A DNA stretch of 64,000 nt from IMG/VR virus record IMGVR_UViG_3300047539_000055, one strand, 5' to 3'. The stretch comes from a virus. Its lineage: Duplodnaviria; Caudoviricetes. Positions 27,286 to 35,482 of the stretch are shown here, in pieces (positions within the stretch are counted from its first letter, which is position 1; each line of letters begins with the position of its first letter). Below the pieces are notes generated by a model that was not told where the DNA came from, did not search any database, and worked only from the letters and a program-made list of their open reading frames with translations. A program made the translations under genes and the position numbers.

Positions 27286-27815
27286 GTGATTCCATATATC
27301 TTGTTAAGTTTGGAAATAACCTCTGGAAACCAAGCATTTTTGTAGAGTATTCCAATTCCGCCAGCCGCGTTCCATTTATTAATATTGTCAGGATGATCAT
27401 CAATCAAAATATTTGGTCTGCCTTTTGTAGTGGCGTATTTTTCTTTATCAAATTCATAAATTACTGGAATAACAGATACTCCATGCCGATGTAACCAAAT
27501 ATTTTTTCCAGCAATACAATCTTTTGTACCCGGTTCTCGTACAGGTCGGCTCAAAAAAGTAACTGGAATATACTGAGATAATATCCATCCCAACATACTC
27601 TTGCCATTACTTTCCCATTCCGCATTAGCAAAAAAGTCCTTAAGATTAGCTGTATTTAACACATTTGTCCAATACTTATTGTTGAATCCCAACAAATCAT
27701 ATTCTGCCAAGGATACATTATTGTATTCAGCGATAGCTTTATCAAGCCATACAACAACACCATCTAAATCCAAATATATTTTAGCGGGGTGATGTTCGAT
27801 TTCTTCTATTCTCAT
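27282..27815 (-). CDS. HAD-family 5'(3')-deoxyribonucleotidase (NT5C-like)
   Basis: YLDLDGV, K..W, ILIDD..DNI..W..AGGIGI motifs. Start at 27815 (MRIEEIE) is 5 nt after TAAATA. Confidence 0.88.
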   Translation of the reverse strand: MRIEEIEHHPAKIYLDLDGVVVWLDKAIAEYNNVSLAEYDLLGFNNKYWTNVLNTANLKDFFANAEWESNGKSMLGWILSQYIPVTFLSRPVREPGTKDCIAGKNIWLHRHGVSVIPVIYEFDKEKYATTKGRPNILIDDHPDNINKWNAAGGIGILYKNAWFPEVISKLNKIYGIT

Positions 27816-27904
27816 ATTCATATTTATTCCTTTGTGTTATAATAGAATTATATACTAATTACGCAGAATCTTCTGAAAAAAGATAAATAAAGAGGAGACA
27901 ACTT

Positions 27905-28846
27905 ATGAGCCAACAATCAACAACTCAAATTTTTATTAATAAAGCCAAAATTAAACATCACCATTTTTACGATTATACCTTGGTGGAATACAGCAACAAT
28001 TTCACCAAAGTCAGAATTATTTGCCCTATACATGGAGAATTTCAACAGCGACCAAACCAGCATTTAAATGGTAATGGTTGTTACGAATGTGGCAGAATCA
28101 AAACAATTCAAAAGCAAACCGGTTTGCTATCAGACTTTATCAATAGAGCAAATATCATTCATAGCAAATTTTATAGTTATGAAAATGCTAAGTATCAAAC
28201 CGCAAGGATCAAATTACTTGTTACCTGTCCAATACATGGAGATTTTTCAATTACACCAGATAATCATTTACGTGACAAAGGATGTCATAAATGTGCCAAA
28301 ATGATTATAAATCGCCATCGAACCGCCAAATCTAAGAATTTTAAAGAGAAAGCAAGATTGTATCATAATAATTTTTACACTTATGAAAATTCTATCTTTA
28401 ATGGAGTACGAGAAAAATTACTGGTTACTTGTCCAATACACAGAGATTTTTCTGTTACTCCAGATAATCATTTGCGTGGTAGAGGCTGTCCCTCGTGTAA
28501 CAACAGCCGAGGAGAAACTAAAATTGAAAACATACTTATAAAATTAGGTGTGCCATTTTCAAAGCAAATCAGATTCAATGATTGTAAATTTAAAAGAGCA
28601 CTTCCATTTGATTTTGGTGTGTACAACAATAATCAAAAACTCAATGGGTTAATCGAATTTCAAGGAAAACAACATTTCAAACCAGTTTTCATTTGGAATG
28701 GAAATGATGGTCTTAAAACTATTCAAGAGCGAGACAAAATTAAAATGGAATACTGTATGTCGCACAGAATTCCCTTGTTAGAGTTAAATTACAATGAATC
28801 AAAAACGATGGAAAAGAAAATTTTATCCTTTATTTTTCTTCTTTGA
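27905..28846 (+). CDS. Putative homing endonuclease: three DUF723-like repeats + PD-(D/E)XK nuclease (paralogue of 8943-9689)
   Basis: CPIHG repeats; LPFDF...LIEFQGKQH; TAAATA 27884-27889 and SD GAGGAG. Confidence 0.82.
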   Translation: MSQQSTTQIFINKAKIKHHHFYDYTLVEYSNNFTKVRIICPIHGEFQQRPNQHLNGNGCYECGRIKTIQKQTGLLSDFINRANIIHSKFYSYENAKYQTARIKLLVTCPIHGDFSITPDNHLRDKGCHKCAKMIINRHRTAKSKNFKEKARLYHNNFYTYENSIFNGVREKLLVTCPIHRDFSVTPDNHLRGRGCPSCNNSRGETKIENILIKLGVPFSKQIRFNDCKFKRALPFDFGVYNNNQKLNGLIEFQGKQHFKPVFIWNGNDGLKTIQERDKIKMEYCMSHRIPLLELNYNESKTMEKKILSFIFLL

Positions 28847-29818
28847 CAAAACTACTCTGGAAGTTTGTGGTATTGAAACATTAGGTATTGAAACATCTGT
28901 TGAAGAAATTGAAATATTCCCTGTTGTCATAGCCAATAATTCAGCTTCTTGCTTTTTCTTTTCAATATATTTGTTTAATGCTTCCATATCGGGTTGTACG
29001 CAGAGTTTGGCAGATTCATCTGCTATCTCGTCCTTCCTCATAGCAATTCTTGGAGTAAGGTGAGGAACATCTTCCAACTTCAATCCCATGCTGGTATACA
29101 ATGCGGTAGGATCGCCAGGAAATACAAAAGTTCCACTATGATTGAGACGAACTGTTGGGTCTGCATATGCTTGAATACCAATTACTCGACTCTTGACAAT
29201 AAATCCCCAATCTTCTGACAAATATTCACGATTTGCGTCTTGACTAATCCAACAATCAAAGAAAGTGTAGCAAAATGGATTGAACTTTGGATCAAGTCCA
29301 ATGTTATTTGTAAATTTGGTATTTGGATATGCGGCCATATGCTTTTCAAAAACATTGCGTTTGATAAGCATAAACCCAGTTCCCAAACGGCTTACAGGAA
29401 TTAAAGTGTCCAGATTTTTTATTTGACCCTCTTCACTAACTGCATCTGGACTGACATTGACTACATAATCAGGAGGGAGAGCCTTTTTGGGATATAAACC
29501 ACCAACAATATCCTTGTCATGCAACAACAATTTGAAAATATGTTCTGGTTCAAAACCGATATCACTATCAATAAACATTAGATGGGTTGCAACACCATTT
29601 TCTAAAAACTTCGCTGCCAAATGGTTTCTTGCTCGTTGAATCAAACTTTCATTGATCATTGTGTCGAGGGAAAATGGCATTCCCATTCGTTGAGCATAAA
29701 TTACAAATTTGATAAGAGAAGTCATGACACACTCATGAACCATTCCTGCGTAGCAAGGTAGTCCAAATTGCACATGCTGTTTTCTAAGATATTCTACTTG
29801 TTCTGCGGTTATATTCAT
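28823..29818 (-). CDS. GT-A fold glycosyltransferase
   Basis: ESLIQRARN, HLMFIDSD (DxD), GTGFMLIKR, YLSEDW, L.H.G; TTGACA-17-TATAGT at 29844-29872; start at ATG 29818. Confidence 0.85.
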   Translation of the reverse strand: MNITAEQVEYLRKQHVQFGLPCYAGMVHECVMTSLIKFVIYAQRMGMPFSLDTMINESLIQRARNHLAAKFLENGVATHLMFIDSDIGFEPEHIFKLLLHDKDIVGGLYPKKALPPDYVVNVSPDAVSEEGQIKNLDTLIPVSRLGTGFMLIKRNVFEKHMAAYPNTKFTNNIGLDPKFNPFCYTFFDCWISQDANREYLSEDWGFIVKSRVIGIQAYADPTVRLNHSGTFVFPGDPTALYTSMGLKLEDVPHLTPRIAMRKDEIADESAKLCVQPDMEALNKYIEKKKQEAELLAMTTGNISISSTDVSIPNVSIPQTSRVVLSKKKNKG

Positions 29819-29971
29819 TGGATTCCTTATGGTATATATTACAACTATAGAGGATTGTTTTGTAAATGTCAAGAAAAATCTAAAGTCACATACCGTACAT
29901 TCAAAACATTTTATCCCATTTTGATAAATATTATTGAACTTTGTTTTATTGTAATATTTTTGGAGAAAACT

Positions 29972-30484
29972 ATGATTGACTTAGAACACTTAGCAAAAGA
30001 GTTTGAAAAACTTCATGATGCATTACCCACACTTCGCGAACGAGTATCGAAAATGGAAGAATGGCAACGCGCTCATCCAGATATTCACCGACTTGAAAAA
30101 GAAGGTGTTGCTACTGCATTTACAGCGGCAAATATCGCACTTTCCACTGCAAAAGAAGAGATTGAACGGCGTTTACTGGCTGGAAATAAATTAAGAGAAC
30201 AGATTGAGAGTGAACGCGGCAGTTTTGTCGCAAGAGAATTGTATGATAGAGAACACGACGCTTTAGGTCAAGAAATCGTTGATGTCCGAAATCAATTCGT
30301 TGAAGAACGAAATCTTTATGTCACGCGAGAAATGCATGACAAAGAACATGAACAACTACGCATGGATATCAGTGACCTACGCAAAAGTCGTGATACAGGG
30401 TCGGGTGAAAGAACTATTTTAGAAAAACTATGGCCGTTTATAATGGCTGGACTAACAGGAATAATTGGACATTTTTGGCGCTAA
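29972..30484 (+). CDS. Coiled-coil protein with C-terminal membrane anchor
   Basis: SD GGAG before ATG 29972, TAAATA at 29925-29930; internal repeat FVARELYDREH/YVTREMHDKEH; hydrophobic C-terminus. Confidence 0.65.
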   Translation: MIDLEHLAKEFEKLHDALPTLRERVSKMEEWQRAHPDIHRLEKEGVATAFTAANIALSTAKEEIERRLLAGNKLREQIESERGSFVARELYDREHDALGQEIVDVRNQFVEERNLYVTREMHDKEHEQLRMDISDLRKSRDTGSGERTILEKLWPFIMAGLTGIIGHFWR

Positions 30485-30921
30485 AAAGACAGCTTGATTG
30501 AATCCACAATACCATTTGAAATATTACTGATATTTGCTCTCAACCAAGCGTATTGACCAGTCGCAATGAAAAATTGATTAAGTTCAATTGTTTTTCCAGA
30601 GTATGGCACACCAGGAACTGGAATGGTATAAGTATATCCCAAATCGGTGGCAACATTACCCGTCATTGTATTTGTCAATTGAACAGGGAGCCACGCCCCG
30701 GTATTTGAATATCGGTCAAGAGTGCCTTCAATTGAAATATTTCCGTTGAAATTAATTGTGTGGACTTGAATCGTGTGTTGACCGCTGGCGCGATGAACAA
30801 GTCCATCACCTTTGCATGATGGACTAACAAAACTGGTCTGCTTAGTGTGCTGATTTTCTACGCTTCCGTAGTAATTTAACCCCGACACCATCACTTCGCC
30901 AAAATCAGTTTTTCCTTTCAT
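30481..30921 (-). CDS. Conserved virion-associated beta-sandwich protein
   Basis: 'KGDG......G.HT......F.G.I.IEGTL......W...G.Y.WLRA' pattern of jumbo-phage structural proteins. Confidence 0.6.
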   Translation of the reverse strand: MKGKTDFGEVMVSGLNYYGSVENQHTKQTSFVSPSCKGDGLVHRASGQHTIQVHTINFNGNISIEGTLDRYSNTGAWLPVQLTNTMTGNVATDLGYTYTIPVPGVPYSGKTIELNQFFIATGQYAWLRANISNISNGIVDSIKLSF

Positions 30922-30934
30922 ACTACTCCATTAC

Positions 30935-31096
30935 TTAAATGATTTCAACAACAATGGTTTCATCATCAACTAATTGTTCTACTGCTGATTGAATTGTTTC
31001 CAATTCTTCATCAGTTAATGCAATTTCATCTTGATTATCGTTTTTAACCAACTTACTTAACTGAATTACCCACTTCCCTTCAATAATTTTTGCCAT
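30935..31096 (-). CDS. Small acidic protein, 53 aa (MAKIIEGKWVIQLSKLVKND...)
   Basis: Below the track cutoff; SD AAAGGA; fills the gap after clpA. Confidence 0.7.
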   Translation of the reverse strand: MAKIIEGKWVIQLSKLVKNDNQDEIALTDEELETIQSAVEQLVDDETIVVEII

Positions 31097-31110
31097 ATCA
31101 TTTCCTTTCT

Positions 31111-33408
31111 TTAAATTTCCTTTTTAATTTTGATTGATTCCTTGACTGCAACCTTAATCTTTTTTGCTTCAATCACCAATACATCAGTGACCCAATCAAG
31201 ATGAATTGTGCTGTTATTCTTAATCTTTCCCTTCAACAATTGAATGCTGAGAGGATAGTTGATAATATCATCCACAGTTCCAGCTATCTTTCTTGCGCCA
31301 TACTCACTGTTCTTATTTAGTTTCAGAATATGAGTAATGAGCGCTTCACTCGCCACGATACGAAGATTACGAGAAGTAAGCATCTTACCAATTTCAGTAA
31401 TTCTTTCAGCCACAATCCTGCGATAGCTGAGTTCGTCCAAATCAACAAACTCAACAATACTAGTCATACGGCCACGCATTTCAGTCAGGAAGAAATCATT
31501 GACTGCCTTAGCAGATGCAGATTTTCCTGTTTTATTTGTGTCAAAACCCAACTGAGCCTTTGCGCCCTCACGAGTTCCAAGATTGCTTGTCATGATGATA
31601 ATGCAATTCTTGGCACTGGCAACCTTACCAGTAGTGCCAGTAATTTCACCATCATCAAGCAAACTCAAAAATACATTGAATGTATCAGGATGTGCCTTTT
31701 CAACTTCATCAAAAAGAATAACACTGTTTGGATGCTTCAACAAATCATTGACAAGCTGACCTTCACCAGTTTTACCGTCACCAAAACCAACATATCCAGG
31801 AGGCGCACCAATCAATCTAGCAACGGCATGTTTCTCCTGAAATTCACTCATATCATACTTGGTAAAATGCATATTCAAGTTTTCTGCTAACTGACGAGCC
31901 AAATATGTCTTACCAACACCACTCGGCCCAACAAATAGAAAACTACCAATTGGTTTCTTTGGATTCTTGAGTCCTGCTTGACTAATAATCAAGCATTGTG
32001 ACACACGATCAACTGCCTTATTTTGATGGAAAACGCTGTTATTGAGTCTATCACCCAGAGTTAGAATAAACTTGGCAGCATCCCCGCTTGTGGCTTCACT
32101 CTTTACAGTAATTCCAGTCATATCAGTAATTTCACGAATGATGCTTGCTCTATCAACCTTGTTCCCTTCAGTTTCAAGAACCTTCTTACGAGCGCAAGCA
32201 CTGTCCAAAATATCAACTGCCTTATCTGGCAACTTTTTGTCTGGTTGATACTTGACGGTCAATTCAATGGCGGCATCAAGAGCCGTATCATTGATTTTTA
32301 CCTTATGAAATTCTTCAATTGTAGAACGAGTTCCCTTCAAAATTTCAAGAGTTTCTGCAAGAGATGGTTCATCAACTGCCGTTACACGAAAACGGCGCAT
32401 AAGAGCAGTATTTTTTTCAAAAGTTTGGCGGAATCCTTCCCAAGTTGTTGACGCAATTACCTTGATTGTTCCACGACTCAATTCGGGCATGAGCATTGAA
32501 GCCAAGCCAAGGCCCATTTGTCCTTTGCCATCGCCCGTATCAATCTGGTGGGCTTCGTCAATAAACAAAATGGCATTTGGTTTGGTGGCAAGTTCTTTCA
32601 AAATATCTGTGACCTTCTCTTCAAAGTCACCACGGAATTTGCTTCCAGAAATTAGCGTGCCAACATCAAGGCTGAAAATTTCTTTGCCCTTGAGTGAGGA
32701 TGGAACCTTACCATCATTGATACGCTGTGCCAAGCCTTCAACAATCATAGACTTGCCAACACCAGGATCACCAATAAGCAACACATTGCATTTCTTGCGC
32801 TTGCTAAGAGTATGGGCAATTGTAAAAATTTCCTTATCCCTACCAATTAGCGGATCGGCAACCTTATCTTTTGCTTTTTCGTTTAGATTCTGGCAATACT
32901 GCGTAAGTGCGCTTTCAGAGGAACCTCCCATATTATGTACGATATCCACGGTAGCAGTTATATCCTTTCTGAGTTGAATAATCATTTCCTCGGTTATGCC
33001 GTACTTACTGAGAAAGTAAGAGGCGTGAGTTTCACGAGCATTGAGCAAAGTAAGCAACATATCGGAAATATCAACTTCCCGTTTTTCTGCTTTTGCCAAA
33101 TCTTGGATAGTGCGGATTATGCTTGCAACTTCGGATGTTAGTTGACCTTCCATAACATTAGGGTCAGGGTTTTTCATTTGATTCTTTAGCAGATGGGAAT
33201 TTTCCTGAATATGCTCAAGTATTTCAACGCTCAACATATTCATTTCAATACCTTTGGCAGTGAAATATCGTCTAATCAAATTGCTTTGAATTAACGCACA
33301 TAGCATATGCTCGGTAGTAATTGTAGTTTGCTCCATACTCATTGCTATAGCAAAGCTCATTTCAACTACATTTGAAATTAATGCTGCTCCTAAATTTATC
33401 TTAGCCAT
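31111..33408 (-). CDS. clpA: ClpA-like Hsp100 AAA+ chaperone
   Basis: Clp N domain, two Walker A motifs (GDPGVGKS, GPSGVGKT), GAPPGYVG pore loop, LGF ClpP-docking loop; TTGACA-17-TATTAT at 33425-33453. Confidence 0.93.
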   Translation of the reverse strand: MAKINLGAALISNVVEMSFAIAMSMEQTTITTEHMLCALIQSNLIRRYFTAKGIEMNMLSVEILEHIQENSHLLKNQMKNPDPNVMEGQLTSEVASIIRTIQDLAKAEKREVDISDMLLTLLNARETHASYFLSKYGITEEMIIQLRKDITATVDIVHNMGGSSESALTQYCQNLNEKAKDKVADPLIGRDKEIFTIAHTLSKRKKCNVLLIGDPGVGKSMIVEGLAQRINDGKVPSSLKGKEIFSLDVGTLISGSKFRGDFEEKVTDILKELATKPNAILFIDEAHQIDTGDGKGQMGLGLASMLMPELSRGTIKVIASTTWEGFRQTFEKNTALMRRFRVTAVDEPSLAETLEILKGTRSTIEEFHKVKINDTALDAAIELTVKYQPDKKLPDKAVDILDSACARKKVLETEGNKVDRASIIREITDMTGITVKSEATSGDAAKFILTLGDRLNNSVFHQNKAVDRVSQCLIISQAGLKNPKKPIGSFLFVGPSGVGKTYLARQLAENLNMHFTKYDMSEFQEKHAVARLIGAPPGYVGFGDGKTGEGQLVNDLLKHPNSVILFDEVEKAHPDTFNVFLSLLDDGEITGTTGKVASAKNCIIIMTSNLGTREGAKAQLGFDTNKTGKSASAKAVNDFFLTEMRGRMTSIVEFVDLDELSYRRIVAERITEIGKMLTSRNLRIVASEALITHILKLNKNSEYGARKIAGTVDDIINYPLSIQLLKGKIKNNSTIHLDWVTDVLVIEAKKIKVAVKESIKIKKEI

Positions 33409-33449
33409 TTTTACCCTCAAGATAATAATACCATATAGTTACACAAATG

Positions 33450-34055
33450 TCAAATTATTGAACCAAAAAATTGAATATATAGCGGATTCCTTTTGTTTTC
33501 AACACGATTCCATAAACCTTCTCCTCTGACTTTGAACATTTTTTCACTTTTGGTTCGTTTTGCCACAGTAATTATAATTTGGTTTCCTGTGGCTCCTGTA
33601 ATCTTATGTTTGCCACCAAAAAACAATTTCCAATATGAGACGGATTCTTTCAAAATTAATTGTTCTCCAACAATGGAAAAATCATGCGGAACATCAATCA
33701 AAATTTTAATATGAAGAGCGGTATCCGTAACAGAGTTTACAGTTATTCCGCGAAATGATATTGTTTGTTTATTTTTAACCCCTGCTGGTATTGACAAAGA
33801 AAATTTTTGTTTGCCATCATCTGTGGTAAAAAATCTTTCTGTTCCCAGTATAGATTCTTTTAAGGTTATAGATATAGATGCTTGATATTGAGTTTTTACT
33901 CCCAATATTTTTCGTGCCTTCTCGTATTGTTTTTGAAGTTCCTGAAATTTTTGATCAGCGTCAGGGTCATTTGGATTATGATCTGGATGTAAGACTTTGG
34001 CAAGTCTAATGTATTTGGTTCGGAGTTCCTCACTTGTCACAGTCTTTTCAATCAT
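33450..34055 (-). CDS. dnaJ: DnaJ/CbpA-like co-chaperone
   Basis: J domain with HPD motif; C-terminal substrate-binding domain without Zn finger. Confidence 0.85.
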   Translation of the reverse strand: MIEKTVTSEELRTKYIRLAKVLHPDHNPNDPDADQKFQELQKQYEKARKILGVKTQYQASISITLKESILGTERFFTTDDGKQKFSLSIPAGVKNKQTISFRGITVNSVTDTALHIKILIDVPHDFSIVGEQLILKESVSYWKLFFGGKHKITGATGNQIIITVAKRTKSEKMFKVRGEGLWNRVENKRNPLYIQFFGSII

Positions 34056-34068
34056 TCTCCTGCACCTC

Positions 34069-34512
34069 TCAAGTTTTGAATTGTTTTTCTATTTCGGTTT
34101 CATCTCCTGGTGTAAACTTGCACGGAGGGATTAAACCATTAAAAAACGCTTTTGATCCATCCGGTAATTTTTCCCTCAATGTATTATATTTAACCAATGT
34201 TTCAATTTCTGTATAAGCCAAAGTTCCACGAGATTCGTGTAGACTCAAAATTTCAAATTTGAATTGGTCTTTACCATGTAACAAAATCTCTGCATTCAAC
34301 CAATTTGAACTGCCTGTATACTTTTTCCAATTTGATTCCTTTATAACCTTTTTTCTATTTTTCCTATCTTTGACTATTTTTCTGGTAGTTGATTTGAAAA
34401 ATTTCTTTCCAATATACGATCTACCAGAAGGTATGTGAGTTATACGATAAACAAATCCAACAAATTGATCTGTATCAAATTCCTTGAAAAAATACCAATG
34501 TCCTGTGTCCAT
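34069..34512 (-). CDS. GIY-YIG nuclease family protein
   Basis: GFVY.I......R.YIGKK...ESNW..Y.GS; start at ATG 34512, 5 nt after TAAATA. Confidence 0.8.
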   Translation of the reverse strand: MDTGHWYFFKEFDTDQFVGFVYRITHIPSGRSYIGKKFFKSTTRKIVKDRKNRKKVIKESNWKKYTGSSNWLNAEILLHGKDQFKFEILSLHESRGTLAYTEIETLVKYNTLREKLPDGSKAFFNGLIPPCKFTPGDETEIEKQFKT

Positions 34513-34589
34513 ACCGATATTTATACTTTCGCGGCGGATTTTATTTAAAAGCAAATATATTTAAAAAACCTCTGGTTTCTCAAACAAAA

Positions 34590-34875
34590 GAAATGCGAAG
34601 CAAAATAGTATTTCTCGAACCAAGCGAGCAGTCCGGAGCGAAGCGGAGGACAGCGCAGCGAAGGAGAGAGAAAGACTTCTTTACAAAAAGCCAGCCGCGA
34701 AGCGGGTGGCGTTGTGCGTAGCACAACCGGGCCTGTAGGAAATTTGTTTTTAAATACACTTCTATGAAATCAGAATAGATTTTTCTATTCCTCATAAGAA
34801 TCATAGCTCACTTCGTTCGCTATGATTTTTTGAAGGAATTACTCGTCCTTCGGACTCGTCCTTCCTTCAAAATAC
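34590..34875. other. Cluster of GNA-loop DNA hairpins, candidate replication origin / priming signals
   Basis: GCGAAGC at 34595, 34638 and 34697; GTTGTGC-GTA-GCACAAC at 34711-34727 on +; CGAAG-containing hairpins on the minus strand at 34799-34872. Confidence 0.45.
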
Positions 34876-34962
34876 GCTTTATTTTGGTTTATTTTTAAAG
34901 ACAGAAACGCTAAAATGCGTTGTTTTAAAAAACGGAACGGCATTTACTGCTATCCCGCATGA

Positions 34963-35268
34963 ATACATCATCGGTCAAAATCTGCTTTGGGAGGGTTGCT
35001 CTGTTCCCAAATATGAATAAATTCAACGACGATCTTTATTAGCAGCGCAATCATTTCAACGATTCAAGAGATTGAAATGACCTGTGGAATTAGAACAAAT
35101 TATGTTCTTGTTAAATCCACTCCGTTTCTGGGTTTATTTATCCAATTACTCGGAAAGGTCACCACTTGCCTTGCGTCACCAGAAACTCCTTTTTGTATGC
35201 CTCTGATGTTTCGTCGCTAACGAGTTGTTGGCCTCAACGCGAGGCATTTAATACAACTATTGATGTAT
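34963..35268 (-). ncRNA. Candidate large structured non-coding RNA (~300 nt)
   Basis: Promoter TTGACA-17-CATACT directly upstream, no ORF, ends complementary (ATACATCA/TGATGTAT), at least six internal stems. Confidence 0.55.
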
Positions 35269-35272
35269 ATTA

Positions 35273-35301
35273 AGTATGGCAGAAATGTAATAACTTGTCA
35301 A
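35273..35301 (-). promoter_or_regulatory. Sigma70 promoter TTGACA-17-CATACT (extended -10) firing into the non-coding region
   Basis: Boxes at 35296-35301 and 35273-35278. Confidence 0.7.
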
Positions 35302-35482
35302 GTAAAAAGTTAACTTATTTTGAAAATATTGTTACCAAGTTTTATTTTACGAGGCTAAATAAAGATGAGTTAGAAGCTCAGGTTGAAATAAATAGATTTT
35401 GACTATGATTGTCATCAATCACAATTATTAGTCAGCCCACACTGCTTCTAACAGATGTGGGCATTTCTATTTAAGAGGTAAA

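Noticed and set aside
34580-34804. 74-aa minus-strand ORF
   Set aside because: It lies over the GC-rich hairpin cluster, has no SD, and its composition (LRCAVLRFAP) is a by-product of the GCGAAGC motifs.
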